The position numbers were made by a program, and so were the translations under genes. Positions 50,714 through 64,000 of a stretch of DNA of 64,000 nucleotides are shown piece after piece. The notes beneath the pieces are model-generated. The model worked only from the letters and a program-made list of their open reading frames with translations. It made no database searches and was not told the DNA's origin. The stretch covers positions 67,766,001 through 67,830,000 of the forward strand of contig NC_043008.1 in NCBI RefSeq assembly GCF_006345805.1. Reading direction: 5' to 3'. Source of the DNA: Octopus sinensis (Eukaryota). Position 1 is the first letter of the stretch; each line of letters opens with the position of its first letter.

Positions 50714-51954
50714 CCATGATTTTTCCAGGCATTGCTGCTTTAAGACAATTAATAATGTGTCAATTACTAATTTAGGATTTTACCTTATAAAATACTGGGT
50801 AGGGGATACATTGGCTGCTATTTTTACCATGTCGAGCGACCAGGTAGAGGCTCTTTCATTGGTTCAATTGCGTGATGAGATTTTTTTACGCATATATGTA
50901 TAATATGTATATATATCATCGACAGAAGTTAGAGAGTGTTTCGTGTATTGGCACTTATCAAACACGAATTTTTCCATTGTCACTTTCTAACTTGTGACGA
51001 AATAACTTCTAAAGTACAAAATTTTGTCAAAAACGTTAAAAGTAAACTCTGTTGTATGTAACACATTATACCAGTATCGGAAGTTTCAAAGTGTTTAGTT
51101 AAAAAAAATTAATTAATATGTATGTCAAATTGAATAGATCCGAAATGGATAAAAAGCAAAATCGACCTCGGCGGAACTTGAACTCAAAGAATAAACACAG
51201 GCGAAATGCCATTTAGAAATTCCGGCAGCGAGCTAACGTTTCTGCCAGTTCGCCGACTTAGAACGGGATATTCATTTTAGCAATATATTCTTTAATATTC
51301 TTATTGCTAAGCGTTACTTCATTACTCTCTTACTTACTTACATGAAATTTCGTGGTATTTCACCCCATAACTGTTCTTCTATTAATTTTTGTTCAATGCG
51401 ACAAACGACTCTGAATTCCTCATACACTTTTCTGTCATTTAAGTCTAAGAAAAGTATACTTTTATTTTAAAATTAAAAAGTTTATGTTGAACCAAATCTT
51501 AAACTATTTATGCCAAAGTGTAGCTGAGGATTTGTCCTCTTTAAAACTATTAACAGGTTGCAATTTAGTTGAGAACTGAATTAGTGGTGAAGCTTGGAAG
51601 CTGCTACGATTGACGAAATGGTGGACTTAATATATTTAACCACTACTGTGGTTGAATAATATGCAGTTCAAAAGAGAACTGTTCACTAGACATCCTACGC
51701 AAAATATTTTTATTTCAGTAACACAAACCAATCAGTGTTCTTCCTATACACAATACATAAAATAACCACCCAATACAAGAAAATAGTTCACACAACGAGT
51801 ATTTGGTGGAATTACCATAACGCATTACAATCTTCAACACAATTTCCACGTAATATAACACAGCATATACTCTATGTAATTATCACCCACTAAAATAGCA
51901 TATGCATACATTATAACGCCAACAGCACACGTAACTCATATTCTACACGCTTGC

Positions 51955-52344
51955 TAAGGCGGTGAGCTGGCAGAATCGTTAGCACGCCGGGCGAAATGCT
52001 TAGCAGTATTTCGTCTGCCGTTACGTTCTGAGTTCAAATTCCGCCGAGGTCTACTTTGCCTTTCATCCTTTCGGGGTCGATTAAATAAGTACCAGTTACG
52101 CACCGGGGTCGATGTAATCGACTTAATCCGTTTGTCTATCCTTGTTTGTCCCCTCTGTGTTTAGCTCCTTGTGGGTAATAAAGAAATAGGTATTCCGCCT
52201 GTCTTTACGTTCTGAGTTCAAATTCCGCTTTATCTTTCATCCGTTCGGGGTCGAGAAATTAAGTACCAGTTGCGTACTGGGATCAATCTTATAGACTGGC
52301 CCCCTCCCCCAAAATTTCGGGCCTTGTGACTTGAGAAGAAAAGA
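51955..52344 (+). mobile_element. SINE A dimer with 17-bp TSD
   Basis: ATATTCTACACGCTTGC at 51938-51954 and 52345-52361; junction AAAGAAATA|GGTATT at 52188/52189. Confidence 0.92.
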
Positions 52345-53904
52345 ATATTCTACACGCTTGCCACTCAATAATATACAGTATACAACTAAGGCGGTAAGCA
52401 GGCAGAATCGTTAGCACGTCAGACAACACTGTTTAGCGGCATTTCGCCTGCCTCGTACGTCCTTTTGGAGTCGATAAAATAAGTACCAGTTGAACACTGG
52501 GTTGGATATAATCGACTTAGCCCCTCCTCTAAAATTTCTGACCTTGTCCCCAAAATTTGAAACCAATATACAGTAAACAATCACCGCATCACACCAAAAT
52601 ACATGACCACTGAACATAGAAAGCTCAAATACCACCTAACAACATAACACACTCGACATTGAAGAAACTCTACACAACAGACGAAATGCTAAACACCAGA
52701 ATCACTGAACCAAATTTTCTTGCGCCATAAAAACTCAATTCTACATTCATGAATTGTACACACACCTCAGGCATATCGACGTACACATGGCAGGGTTGCA
52801 GAAACTCGCATGATGGCGGTCTCTCGTAACCAGAGCATGACGGTTCTGCAATTCCCTGTTGAACAACCTGCACAAATGATTTGCTTATAGTGATCAAATG
52901 TTAGTGCTGTGCATTAGCTCAAACCCTCCATCAAATCAACATTGCTTGAACAGGTGCACGATGTATCAGACGCCAGGCGTCAAAATGATCGCGAGCTACG
53001 TAAAATTAAGTGTTTTGATCAAGAACACAACGCACTACCCAGTTCACTAATTGAAGCGTCGATCTTGTGATCGTGAATGTAATATCTTAACCACTAGGCC
53101 ATGCGTCCTCTCAGAAACTCGCATAAAACAGTTGAAAATACAATAATGATGAAAATGAATATGATGATGATAGTGATGATGATGATGATGATGACGGTGA
53201 CGACATTATGAACGTTAACGTTTCTAACTTAGGCACAAAATCAGTAATTTTGAGAGTAGATTAGCTGATACCATAGATCTCTGTACTTGAGTGATACTTT
53301 ACTTTATCGAATCCAGAGGGATGAAAGGCAAAGTTGATATTGACAGAATTTGAACTCAGAACGTAAAGAGCTAGATTGAGTACTGCAAACGTGTTTTCCG
53401 ACGCTGTATTGAGTCTGTCAGCTCACCACCTTTATAATTGTCTGATTTAGGCACATGCCCAGCAATTTTTGAAGGGAAGAGTTAATCAATACCATCGGTC
53501 CCAGTACTAAACCGGTGCCTCATTTTACTGCTACCGGAAGGAAGAAAGACAAAACTGCTCTTGTGATGATGACGATGATGTTAGTGTCAGTGGAGCTACA
53601 GCTGTCTTCTTCTTCCAATCAGGACTCACGCCATTAGCCACAAAGAATAATCTCTGATTCGAACCTACTCTAAGCTACTAAGAATGTATGCGGCAACTTG
53701 AAGATCCACCCACCACAAGCGATAGATTGGCGATTGCACGGACGCGAAAGCTACGTTGTTATCGTCATTCCGTAAACGGTGGCTTTTAACGGGTTGAGAG
53801 CTGAACCATCCTGGGGTACAGAGGATTCGCAATTTAGACTAGGGTCTAAAAGTTTACCACACCATAGTGGGTCACACCATGGTTCCTCTGATTTGTGGCA
53901 GAAG

Positions 53905-54068
53905 TAGGAAGAAAGAGTGAGAGAAAGTTGTGGTGAAAGAGAACAGCGGGGCCCCGCCGGAGCCTCGTTGAGCTTAGGTGTTTTTGTTCAATAAATACTC
54001 ACAATGCCCGGTCTGGGAATCGAAACCGCGTTCTTACGACCGCGAGTCCGCTGGCCATTGCGCCTCCA
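53905..54068 (-). mobile_element. SINE family D, partial
   Basis: Reverse complement of the 12730/60915 head, with part of the A-box region deleted. Confidence 0.8.
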
Positions 54069-54499
54069 CAGCTATTGCTGTTGTTTTTATTGCTACAAAT
54101 GCTGCTGGTTCAGAAGATGAGTATGATGGGAATTATGATGTGTAATAAATTCTTTCATGAATTCTTAAAACATTTTCCCGCCTTTGGAATTTTACTGATG
54201 AGATAGTAAGTGCTCTTTGCTTTTCTTTTCCCTCTTCCTCTTTGTCTTTCTCTTTCTCCTTCCTTTCTCTTCCTTTTCTCTGCCTCTCTCTCCCTCTCTT
54301 TCTCACTCCCTTTTCCTTCTCTTGGTCACTCACCTGTTTTCTTCATAATAAAAAGCTGGCTATCTACAACTTTTGGCAATGTTTACCATTATTACCAGAA
54401 AAATTGCTTTACTGATATTGCAAGGAGTGTTGTTTTGTTGTGTACCACCCTTTTCTACTATATATGGTTTTCTTTCTTTCTTTCTTTCTTTCTTTCCTT

Positions 54500-54576
<77 letters not shown>

Positions 54577-55440
54577 CCCAATCCAGCTACAAATACCTGG
54601 GAATACTTGAGACAGATGGAATAAAACACAACGACATGAAAAAAAGACAAAAAGAGAGTATCTGCGGCGAGTGAGAACAATACTGGCTTCAAATCTGAAT
54701 GCCAGAAACATAATTTTGGCAATAAACTCGCGCGCAGTTGCAGTAGTTCGGTATGACGCTGGAATCCTGAAGTGAACAGAGGAGGAGCTAAAGAAGATGG
54801 ACAAGAAGTAAATAAAGCTACCAACGATTCATGGAGTCGATTTTCAACGTGCAGCCACTCATCGCAAATGGAGAAGGAGGACTGATAAGCGTGGAAGACT
54901 GCGTACGTATCGAACGGGGGGGGGGCTTAAAGAGATAACTAGCCCAAAGTAAGGAAAGCTTGCTAGTGTCACTTAGGAACGGGGGAGTATTGAAATCAGA
55001 GAAAAAGGAAAAACGAAGGAAAAAGCACAAAAAGGACACGAAGAATTCCATGTAGCCACAACAGAAATTGCAGAAAAAAGAAACACTAAAAAAAGAAAAT
55101 GTGAGCACTGGCAGCGCAAAGAATGTGAACTATGGGGAGAATGTCTATCACCTCAGTAACTGTAGGAGCAGTCGGTGCACTAACAACCAAATTCGAAAAA
55201 TATGCCAGAGAAATCTGAACTGAGATGAGAGCAAAACAAGTCCAAAAAACTGCTCTGCTAGGGACAGTTAAGATTTTGAGATTGATGTTTGGGTGTTGAA
55301 CGTCTTCCACATTATTAACAACCAGTTATCAAAGATTATAATGTGCGGAAAGGGACCTTGTGAAAACCCTGACAAAAGGCTGCTGTCCACGCTCACAGAA
55401 TCAACTAGAGCAAACAAAACCGAGCGCCCTGAGAAGTAAA
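54577..55440 (+). mobile_element. Internally deleted R4/Dong-like LINE fragment
   Basis: SYKYLGILETDGI, AINSRAVAVVRY, GLISVEDCV and QKTALLGTVKILR; (TTA)n upstream and AATAATAAT downstream. Confidence 0.85.
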
Positions 55441-56754
55441 ACAATAATAATATTAATCCTTTCTACTAAAGGCACAAGGCCTGAAATTTGAGTGGAGGGG
55501 ACTAGTCGAGTACATCCAACACAGTGCGTAACTGGTTCTTAATTTATCAACCCCGAAAGGATGAAAGATAAAGTCGACCTCGGCGGAATTTGAACTCAGA
55601 ACATAAAGACACTCGAAATGCCGCTAAGCATAATGCCCGGCATGCTAACGATTCTACCAGCTCGCCGCCTTAAAGGCAAAGTGGATCTCAACGTTATTTG
55701 AACTCTGAACGTAAAGGCGGGCGTAACGCCGCAGAGCATTTTGCTCGGCGTGCTAACGATTCTGCCAGCTCGCCACTTTGATAATAATCTTTTCTACCAT
55801 AAGCACAAGGTTTGAAATTTTGGCGGAGGGATAAATCGATTGCATCGACCCCCAGTGCTCAAATGGTGTTTATTTTATCGGCCTTGAAAGGATGAAAGGC
55901 AAAGTCGACCTCGGTGAAATTTGAACTCAGAACATAAATACAGACGAAATGCCACGAAGCATTTCGCCCAGTATGCTAACGATTCTAGGCACTATCCAGT
56001 AACTTTTGTAGGGGTTTTACTCGACTCCATCAGCATCAGTACTTCGTTGTTACTTTATTTTATCGACCTTATGAATGGGAAGATGAAGAAGAAAAGGAGG
56101 AGGAGGACGTCGACGACGACTACGACAACGACGACGAATTAAAATGATTAAATCTTTCATTGACTGCAAAAGCAACACATCGTGGACAATAGGAAGGTCA
56201 AAACTACAAATAACTGTTTCTAATAAATGTGCAAGGCTTAAGATTTTTGTGGGAGTGGGGTTAGTCGGTTATACTAATATCAGTATATAACTGGTTCTTT
56301 ATCTTCTAACCATATATCTTTTTGAAGTTCTCTTTAATTCCTGTGTTAAAATAGGAAATTCTGGAATTATTCCCCAAACATCACTATTAGATAACATTGT
56401 GTATCGTTCATCTAGATCAAACCCGTTTTATATCTGTTATATTTTATCATTTATTCGTTTCAGTCACTGGGCTGCGGCCATACTGGGGCACTACCTTGAA
56501 ATTTTTAGTCGAACAAATCGACTCCAGACCTAATTTCTTTTAAGCCTGGTACTTATACTATCGGTCTCCTTTTACCGAGCCGCTATGTTACAGGGACTTA
56601 AACCAACAGAGATTGTCAAGCGGTAGTGAAGGACAAACACACACACACACATGCACACACACACACACACACACATACACAAACACACACACATATATAT
56701 ATATATATACATTCCAACTCCACCATTACTCTTGCATCTTCATTTAAGTAACAC

Positions 56755-57055
56755 CATCCTAGGTGTACATAGTGTTTAAGTCTTCTGGCCCTTTCCATTT
56801 ATGTTCCCAGATGGCTATAGCGTCAATCGGCTGCCTCTCCGCTTCGCGTGTCAGTTGATCACATTTACCACACTTCAGTAGTGTTCGAACATTGTAAGTA
56901 GAGAAGATGAATATAGGCAGCCTCTTTCTGAACACATCCGCATTCACATGTCCGAAATGGCTTTGGTGTGATCGCTTCATGTTGACAAGTTCATGTCTAT
57001 TCTGATATGACCACCAATGTTTGAACTCACCTTCTCTTCCTTTCGTAATCAGCAA
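56755..57055 (-). mobile_element. APE endonuclease N-terminus of an RTE-like LINE, inverted relative to the RT
   Basis: IFSTYNVRTLLKCGKCDQL...IDAIAIWEHKW (TYNVRTL / DI.A.QE). Confidence 0.8.
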
Positions 57056-57149
57056 GAATCCAATACCGTGTGATTAGCCCTACAATCTTCACCAGATAAT
57101 TTAGTTAACGAATCTTACAAGCAAGACAGGGAACGATAAATACTAAGCA

Positions 57150-58855
57150 TCTGCAAGAAAATTGAATCTTTTGACATGTCCCACCAACGCAAAGAGGCTT
57201 ACAGGGCGGTGAAGATGCTGAAGAAAGGAAACCGACAGCAAGGTATTCAATAAATTTGTGATGAGCATAGAAATCCCTTCAACTGCGTGAGGGATTGGGT
57301 TGAAACATAGAACAAATACTTTGCAAAGTTATCGTGGAAGGGAACGCAAACCGAAGAGCGATAACACTTCGACTTTGAGAACAATAATGTACACGAAGTG
57401 TCCACCGAAAATTTCGAGATGTCTGAACTGCTTGTCGTACTCAAGGAGGCATCAGATAACAAAGCAGTTGGTAGAGACCTCAGTCTATTTAAACGAATCG
57501 CTCAAATATGGAGAACATATACAACAAGGTTCTCTTAACAAGTGTGCCGTCAAGTAAATGGAGGTCATCAATCATAGTACCACTAGCAAGGAAATATGAT
57601 CTGCGACTGATGTCTCAACTATCGTGGAATAAGTCTCATGGATCATGGCGCTAAGTTCTTTAATAGGCTTCTGCTCAATCACATACGGGAGAAGATAGAT
57701 AAGGATTTAAGTGTCTACTAAAGTGGTTTTAGAAAGAACTGTAGTTGCATTGAACAAATTCACATGTTGAAAATGGTACTGGAGACCTGCTTTAAGTGAT
57801 GTCTCCCAATAGTTGAGCTGTTCATAGACTCTCCAAATGCATTTGACAGCATCGACAAAACTGCAATGTCTACGGTTCTTGAAATGACAAGGATACCATC
57901 GAAGATAACATCGTCAGTTAGATTTCTTCATGACAAACAGCATATATCCTTGTTAATGGATAGCAGTCCTCTGGCTTCACACCTTAGAATGGAATTCTGC
58001 AAGGTGATGCCTCGGCATCTTATCTAACTTTGGTAGTTATAGTTCATATGATGAAAGCTGCAACCCATATGGAGGATGGAATTCGCATTCCAGAGTCCAT
58101 TTGCAAATGATATTGTACTCTTCGCTCCTAGAAGCACAGGACTACTTGGATTGTGTCATGCGAGAAACAAAGACTGTGGGACTAGAAATAAATTAATAGT
58201 ACCTCACTATTAATATAAACACAGACGAAACAACTGGCGTCCTGGTAAATGGAAAGCAGCTATCCAGGGTTGAAAAATTCACTTACCTTGTATTGACTGT
58301 AACTGATCTCTCTCACAACTCAAACAGTGATATCGTTGACCGAAGGAGAGCAGCATGTGGCGCAGTGTCGTAGCTTCAACAGCTCTGGTCGTCTGACATC
58401 AACCTAACAACGAAGAGAACGATGGACAAAACTTTGTCTTCCTATTTTTACATATGGATTCGAGACATGGGTAACAAATACGAATCGGCAATGGGTCATG
58501 GTGAACTCTTTTCACACAAGAAACCGGAGGAAAATATATCAGATATCCTATAACGACCATGATTCCAATGAACCACTATACCAAATGGCCGATGAAAAGC
58601 AAATGCGTACAAGGATAATGGAGCACCAACTGAGATGAATTGGTCACCAACTGCGATACCGACTTAATGAATGCTATCAACAGTGCTTTCTGCTTAACAC
58701 CATACAAGGTGGAAAGCGCGGGAGGAGACAACCAAGAACGATTTACCACCGTATGATTTATGCAGGCTGCGAGATGTCGCTTAATAAAATACTTCAAGCG
58801 GCTGAAGATGAAAATGAGTGGAAAGCCTTAATAAAGTATATCTGTCAATGACTGA
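57150..58855 (+). mobile_element. Decayed RTE-like reverse transcriptase and 3' end
   Basis: WRSSIIVPL, NYRGISL, SGFRKNCSCIEQI, FID..NAFDSIDK, GILQGD, FANDIVL and VEKFTYL; ends with a TGACTGACT tail. Confidence 0.85.
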
Positions 58856-58913
58856 CTATTCCCTTTAGCCCCTAACATATTTATTTGCTAAATTTTGACT
58901 ACAAAATATTGGT

Positions 58914-58989
<76 letters not shown>

Positions 58990-60227
58990 CGGGTTTCTTT
59001 CAGTTTCTGTCTGCCAAATCTACCCACAAGACTTTGGTCGGCCCGAGACCAAGGTGTCATGCAGTGGGATTGAATCCGGAACCATGTGGTCGGGAAGCTA
59101 ACTTCTTACCAAACAGCCACACCTGCACCTAAAGAAATAATCGGCAGCGGTTATATTCGAAAAAACACAATGCACCATTTTATATCAAGAGTTTCGACGT
59201 TATCTCACACCAATTACGGTTAAAGACAAAGCACAGCAGCAGGAATGTTTTCAGATTTATCTGGTAACCTAGTCTTATTGCTAAAGAAGATTGTGGTATT
59301 CGTCAAAATGGTCCATCTGTCTTTGTTTTATAAAAAGTCAGCGTAAAGCATTTTAAAACTTTAGACGAGCAGATAACACAATATAGCATGTAATATATTT
59401 GATATTTTGTTCCTGACAAGATATCACTAGAGTGCATTTATTTATCTAATTTATTCAAACGCCCGTGTGAAGTCATGATTGGATGAAAATTGTATAAAAC
59501 AGCTTTTAAAAAGAAAACTCTAGAATTATTCCCCAAACTTCACTATGGGATATATTGTGTGCGATTCATACAAACCCTCCATTATCTTTTATTTTAAAAA
59601 ATAGTAAAAGAAAATAAAGGAGAAAGAAATACAGATAAACAACAGTTAGATTTCGGTTGCTAAATGTTTGAGCAGCTCACAGGTATCGGAAGATCTTATT
59701 TATAGTTGGTGGATCTTTGAAAGTAAATAGCACCTCCAGCCTTAGTAAACTTTTCTGCGCCATTTAAAAGATGTCTCCTATGCATTGGAAAAAAAAACAC
59801 TACTGAATATTTGTCTCCAGAACATAAAATTGACTCTCAAACCATCATTCCGTGATAGAATTATAGTTCAAAGGAATAAGGCCGTTTTAAAGCCAACGCA
59901 GTTTCTGATACGCTTATAAAGTTGATGCATGTGACTGAGATAATCAAGAATTAATATTTGACATAGAAATCAAAGTTAAATGAATATAAAATAGTCGTTT
60001 TTATACATAATGGTGAACACCAGAGGATTTAATAGCCATGGAATTTCATTAAAATTGCTATTGAATAAAATATATTGACATCATTTCCGTTGTTAGCTAA
60101 CGGATTTTCTTTTTATGGAGAAATGTAACCATCAATGGGTTTATTAGCCTTATTCACGAGGGTCATAAAAATGCGTGTGTTTATGTATGCATTTTTGTGT
60201 GGGCGTATGTGTGTATGTATATATATA

Positions 60228-60644
60228 TCTATTATATAAAATCCGTTCTGTCTGTCTGTGTGTGTGTCTTCTAGGATCTCGGGTATCCGCCATCCGATTG
60301 CGCTCAAATTTGATATGTAGATACCGACAGTATCAGGGCGTGTATAAGTCTTGGGAAAATTACAAAAATCGATTCCAGGTGGGAATGCGATCGATAAAAC
60401 CGTGGGAATGTGCATTTGTACGCGTAAGTACACCAGCTGTTGCGATCGATACTACGCGTACGCGAGAAAAATGCACGTGCAGTTTGCGCAAAAAAGCCGG
60501 CCTGTTTGGTGTCACAAATTTAAGATAAATCAGTGTTTCTCAAAGGGGAGTCCTATGGGACGGTCAGGCAAGTTGTTTTGAGAAAATTTGGTTTAAATGT
60601 TTGACAACTCAGCACCGTCTATTGGACGGGAGGCGTTTTGCTCG
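60228..60644 (+). mobile_element. Non-autonomous Helitron
   Basis: A|TCTATTATATAAAATCCG 5' end followed by (GTCT)n; 3' hairpin CCGTC-TATTG-GACGG (60615-60629) then CTCG|T (CTAG variant). Confidence 0.72.
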
Positions 60645-60654
60645 TGTATGTATA

Positions 60655-60661
60655 AATATAT

Positions 60662-60749
<88 letters not shown>

Positions 60750-60784
60750 ATACATATATATATATATACATATATATTATATAT

Positions 60785-60831
<47 letters not shown>

Positions 60832-60914
60832 ATATATATACACATACACACACACATATATATATAATAATATAATACATATATATATTATATATATATA
60901 TATATATACACACA
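60655..60914. repeat. (TA)n-rich microsatellite block
   Basis: Directly visible. Confidence 0.96.
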
Positions 60915-61220
60915 TGGAGGCGCAATGGCCTAGTGGTTAGGGCAGCGGACTCGCGGTCGCAGGATCGCGGTTTCGATTCCCAGACCGGGCGTTGTGTGTG
61001 TTTATTGAGCGAAAACACCTAAAAGCTCCACGAGGCTCCGGCGGGGGGGGGTGATCCCTGCTGTACTCTTTCACCACTCTTTCTCCCACTCTTTCTTCTG
61101 TTGGTCTGCTCGCTTAGCCAGCGGGGTGGCGTCATTCGAAGGCTAAAACAATGCGAACTCATTGTGACCAGCGATGTGTAACAACATCTGATGGTCTGGT
61201 CGGTCATGTGATCATGTGTG
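60915..61220 (+). mobile_element. Full-length SINE family D with an alternative 3' tail
   Basis: A box TGGCCTAGTGG, B box GGTTTCGATTCCC; ~180 bp shared with 12730-13051, then an unrelated tail ending GGTCATGTGATCATGTG. Confidence 0.88.
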
Positions 61221-61278
61221 ATATATACACATACACACATATATATATATATATAAATACATATATATATATAAATAC

Positions 61279-61322
<44 letters not shown>

Positions 61323-62352
61323 TATATTTATATATACATATACATATATGTATATAATATATGTATATACACACATATATGTATATATATACATGCATTA
61401 ATATGCATACACACACACACACATGCACTCACTCACGTGCATACACATGTATACATGCACACAAAGTTGTGCACATTTTATTTTTAACATGCTTCTCTAC
61501 ACAAGAACGTGAATGTCACTCGTTGCAATATTTTGTCTCGCAAAAAAAAAATTCCCTTTATAGATTTCGTAGGTAAAGACACTTGGAATCAAGTTCCGAG
61601 TGATGTCAGGCACAATGTTTCGGCAGGTAGTTCTTCGGTCATTTGGAGCTGAAACTCATAGAAAACAACAAATAATACATTTGATGATGAGTGCACCTGC
61701 CTTCCTAAATAGGATTAATTCAGTGTAGCCATACGAAGCAGCGAGGAACTATGTAAAGGTGTGTAATCTTTTTAACTACATCTTTTTACTGCACTCTAGT
61801 TCTCTAGTATGCGTATGTGTATATATATAAGATCCACATACAAACTAAAAAACGTGGCCAAATATATGAATACTTCTTGAATAATGAAACGCGTTATTTG
61901 GTTGCTTAATCTGAAAAAAATCCACCAAGTTCTGTTTATCTTAGAGAAATGCATGAACTTCAAAACACTTACGTTTTCCCTTAACAGATTTCGAGTACTG
62001 GGGGTTCTTTCTTTCTCCCTCTTTTCCTCTTTCCCATTATTTAACCTACTTGCATTCGTAAAATATTAATCTATTTTTCTGCATTTTCACATTTTTATCG
62101 AAAAATAAATCAAAGGCCTTTCCCGAGCTGATAATGCTGGTTTCCTGGATGCTTCTATGACGTATATAACCTACTCTCCCCATCTCTACGGGGCTTCGGT
62201 CCGTCGCACGATTACTTATTTTTACCAACTGAGTAGAACAGAGTGACGTAAAATGAGGTGTTTTCCTTCAAAAATATAATGCAATCAAGAATCAAATTCC
62301 GGTCCAAGAATCAAAACCGTATCCTTACGATCATGAATGCAATAACCTAATC

Positions 62353-62642
62353 CAGTAGTTCTCACCCAAAGTCCACTTGACCCCCTGGGGATCCCTATAA
62401 GATTTTTTTGTGGGGTGGGGGTCCATGTTAGCAAAATTTCAAATCCGCAATGTTATTTTAAGGACTCATGAAAAGTTTTGATTTAAATGTATGTATTGCA
62501 AAAAACATTTAGGTTTCTTTCTCTGGAATTGAAAGAAGTATCTATGAAATTAGATTTTAAACAACGAAAGATTATGGGGGTTCACCAGAATGAAATGGTA
62601 AACAAAGGATTCATAGGGGAAAAAAATGGTTGAGAACCAGTG
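62353..62642 (+). mobile_element. hAT/Charlie-like MITE (290 bp)
   Basis: TIRs CAGTAGTTCTCACCC / GGTTGAGAACCAGTG; 8-bp flanks ACCTAATC / CCCTAATT (6/8). Confidence 0.8.
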
Positions 62643-62784
62643 CCCTAATTATAATTATGTTTATAATTATAATAATTGTTTGTATAAGTTTACCGAGAAT
62701 GGTTCTTTTAACATACCAAACTACTTGGTAAGATTATTAATTATAAATTGATTACTTAATTTTACACTTTATTATAATAGAGAT

Positions 62785-62851
62785 AGATAGAGAGATAGAT
62801 AGATAGATAGATAGATAGATACATACATACATACATACATACATACATACA

Positions 62852-62883
<32 letters not shown>

Positions 62884-62900
62884 CATATATATATATATAG
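62785..62900. repeat. (GATA)n-(TACA)n-(TA)n compound microsatellite
   Basis: Directly visible. Confidence 0.96.
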
Positions 62901-63060
62901 CTACATATAATTTTAAATTTAAATAATTTAAATTTTAAATTTTATATTTTATATATTTTGTAAATTATATTAATTATTTTTATTTTTATGTTTTGGTTTA
63001 TGTTTTTCACTGTTTCATTTCCCTAATTGTGGTTTTATCTCAAATTTAATTTATATTTTA

Positions 63061-63143
<83 letters not shown>

Positions 63144-63271
63144 TATTACATGCATGTATGTATGTGTATGTATATATCTCTCTCACCCTCTCTGTCTCCA
63201 TATACATACTATACATATATAGTTATATATATGGTTGAGTATACATGTATGTATGTATGTATGTATGTATG

Positions 63272-63305
<34 letters not shown>

Positions 63306-63793
63306 CGTATGTATGCATGTATGTATATATGTATGTATGTACGTATGTATATATGTAGGTAGGTGTCTATGCACGTATTACAATCAGCTTCGAAAGATTT
63401 TCTAAACAGCTGTTGAAAATGGTTTTGAGGTTTGTATCTTGTCAACGGAAGTAGAACCACCTACGCCATCTTTTATGCGAATTTCCTGTGTTTTATACAT
63501 TAAACAAAAATATTTCATTTTAAATACAACGACATTACGTCATCATTATATTTCTTTGAAGTCATTTTTAAGTGGAAGTTGTGGCGATGACTTGGCAGAA
63601 ATTGTTAAACGGCGATGAAAAGCATACCTTAATCTATGTTCTCTAAAATTCGGAAATATGCCTTCTTGCCCACTCAGGATCAATAACCAATGCAGTTAGT
63701 AACATACAACTAGTTGTTTAACTGAAAATTTAATTCCTTGCTACGCCCCACCCTTTATACATATATTCTCCGTGATGAAATGAAAACCCAATA

Positions 63794-63930
63794 CAGTAAT
63801 ACATCGCCATATCGCGGTTCACCTATCGCTGTTCACTAATCGCGGGTCACCTATCGCGGTTTATTATCTAAACTCACGTCGATTCCACCGTGATGTTGTT
63901 TTGCATTTATAATAAAATAAATATGTACAA
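63794..63930 (+). mobile_element. Tigger/pogo-like MITE left end
   Basis: TA|CAGTAATACATCGCCATATCGCGGTTCACC with subterminal ATCGCGG repeats; right end not seen. Confidence 0.65.
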
Positions 63931-63959
63931 ACTATAAAAATAATAATAATAACAATAAC

Positions 63960-63995
<36 letters not shown>

Positions 63996-64000
63996 TATAA

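Overview
AT-rich eukaryotic non-coding DNA packed with microsatellites, tRNA-derived SINEs and decayed transposons. The SINE and microsatellite landscape resembles octopus (coleoid cephalopod) genomic DNA; this is my inference, not a database result. I found no convincing host protein-coding exon, intact tRNA/rRNA gene or CRISPR array, and most ORFs in the track are microsatellite translations. Recognisable coding remnants are all from mobile elements: Tx1/L1-type (zinc-knuckle ORF1, zf-RVT), R4/Dong-type (RT tail, CCHC finger, restriction-like endonuclease), an RTE-type LINE, a Penelope-type RT and three mariner transposases, plus Helitron, hAT and Tigger-like MITEs. Highlights: (1) three different type I hammerhead-ribozyme-like motifs within 36-40 kb, two inside fold-back repeats, near a Penelope RT relic; (2) a complete 1.73 kb RT-less 'half-Tx1' retroposon with a 15-bp TSD, a gag-like ORF1 and an overlapping orphan ORF2, inserted in the tRNA head of a SINE; (3) a SINE with a Tx1-like 3' tail that occurs five times as a dimer with the same junction; (4) a ~510-550 bp non-coding element found only inside (TAA)n tracts; (5) a 193-bp GC-rich island duplicated 11 kb apart. 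Degenerate-repeat boundaries are approximate and all alignments were made by eye.
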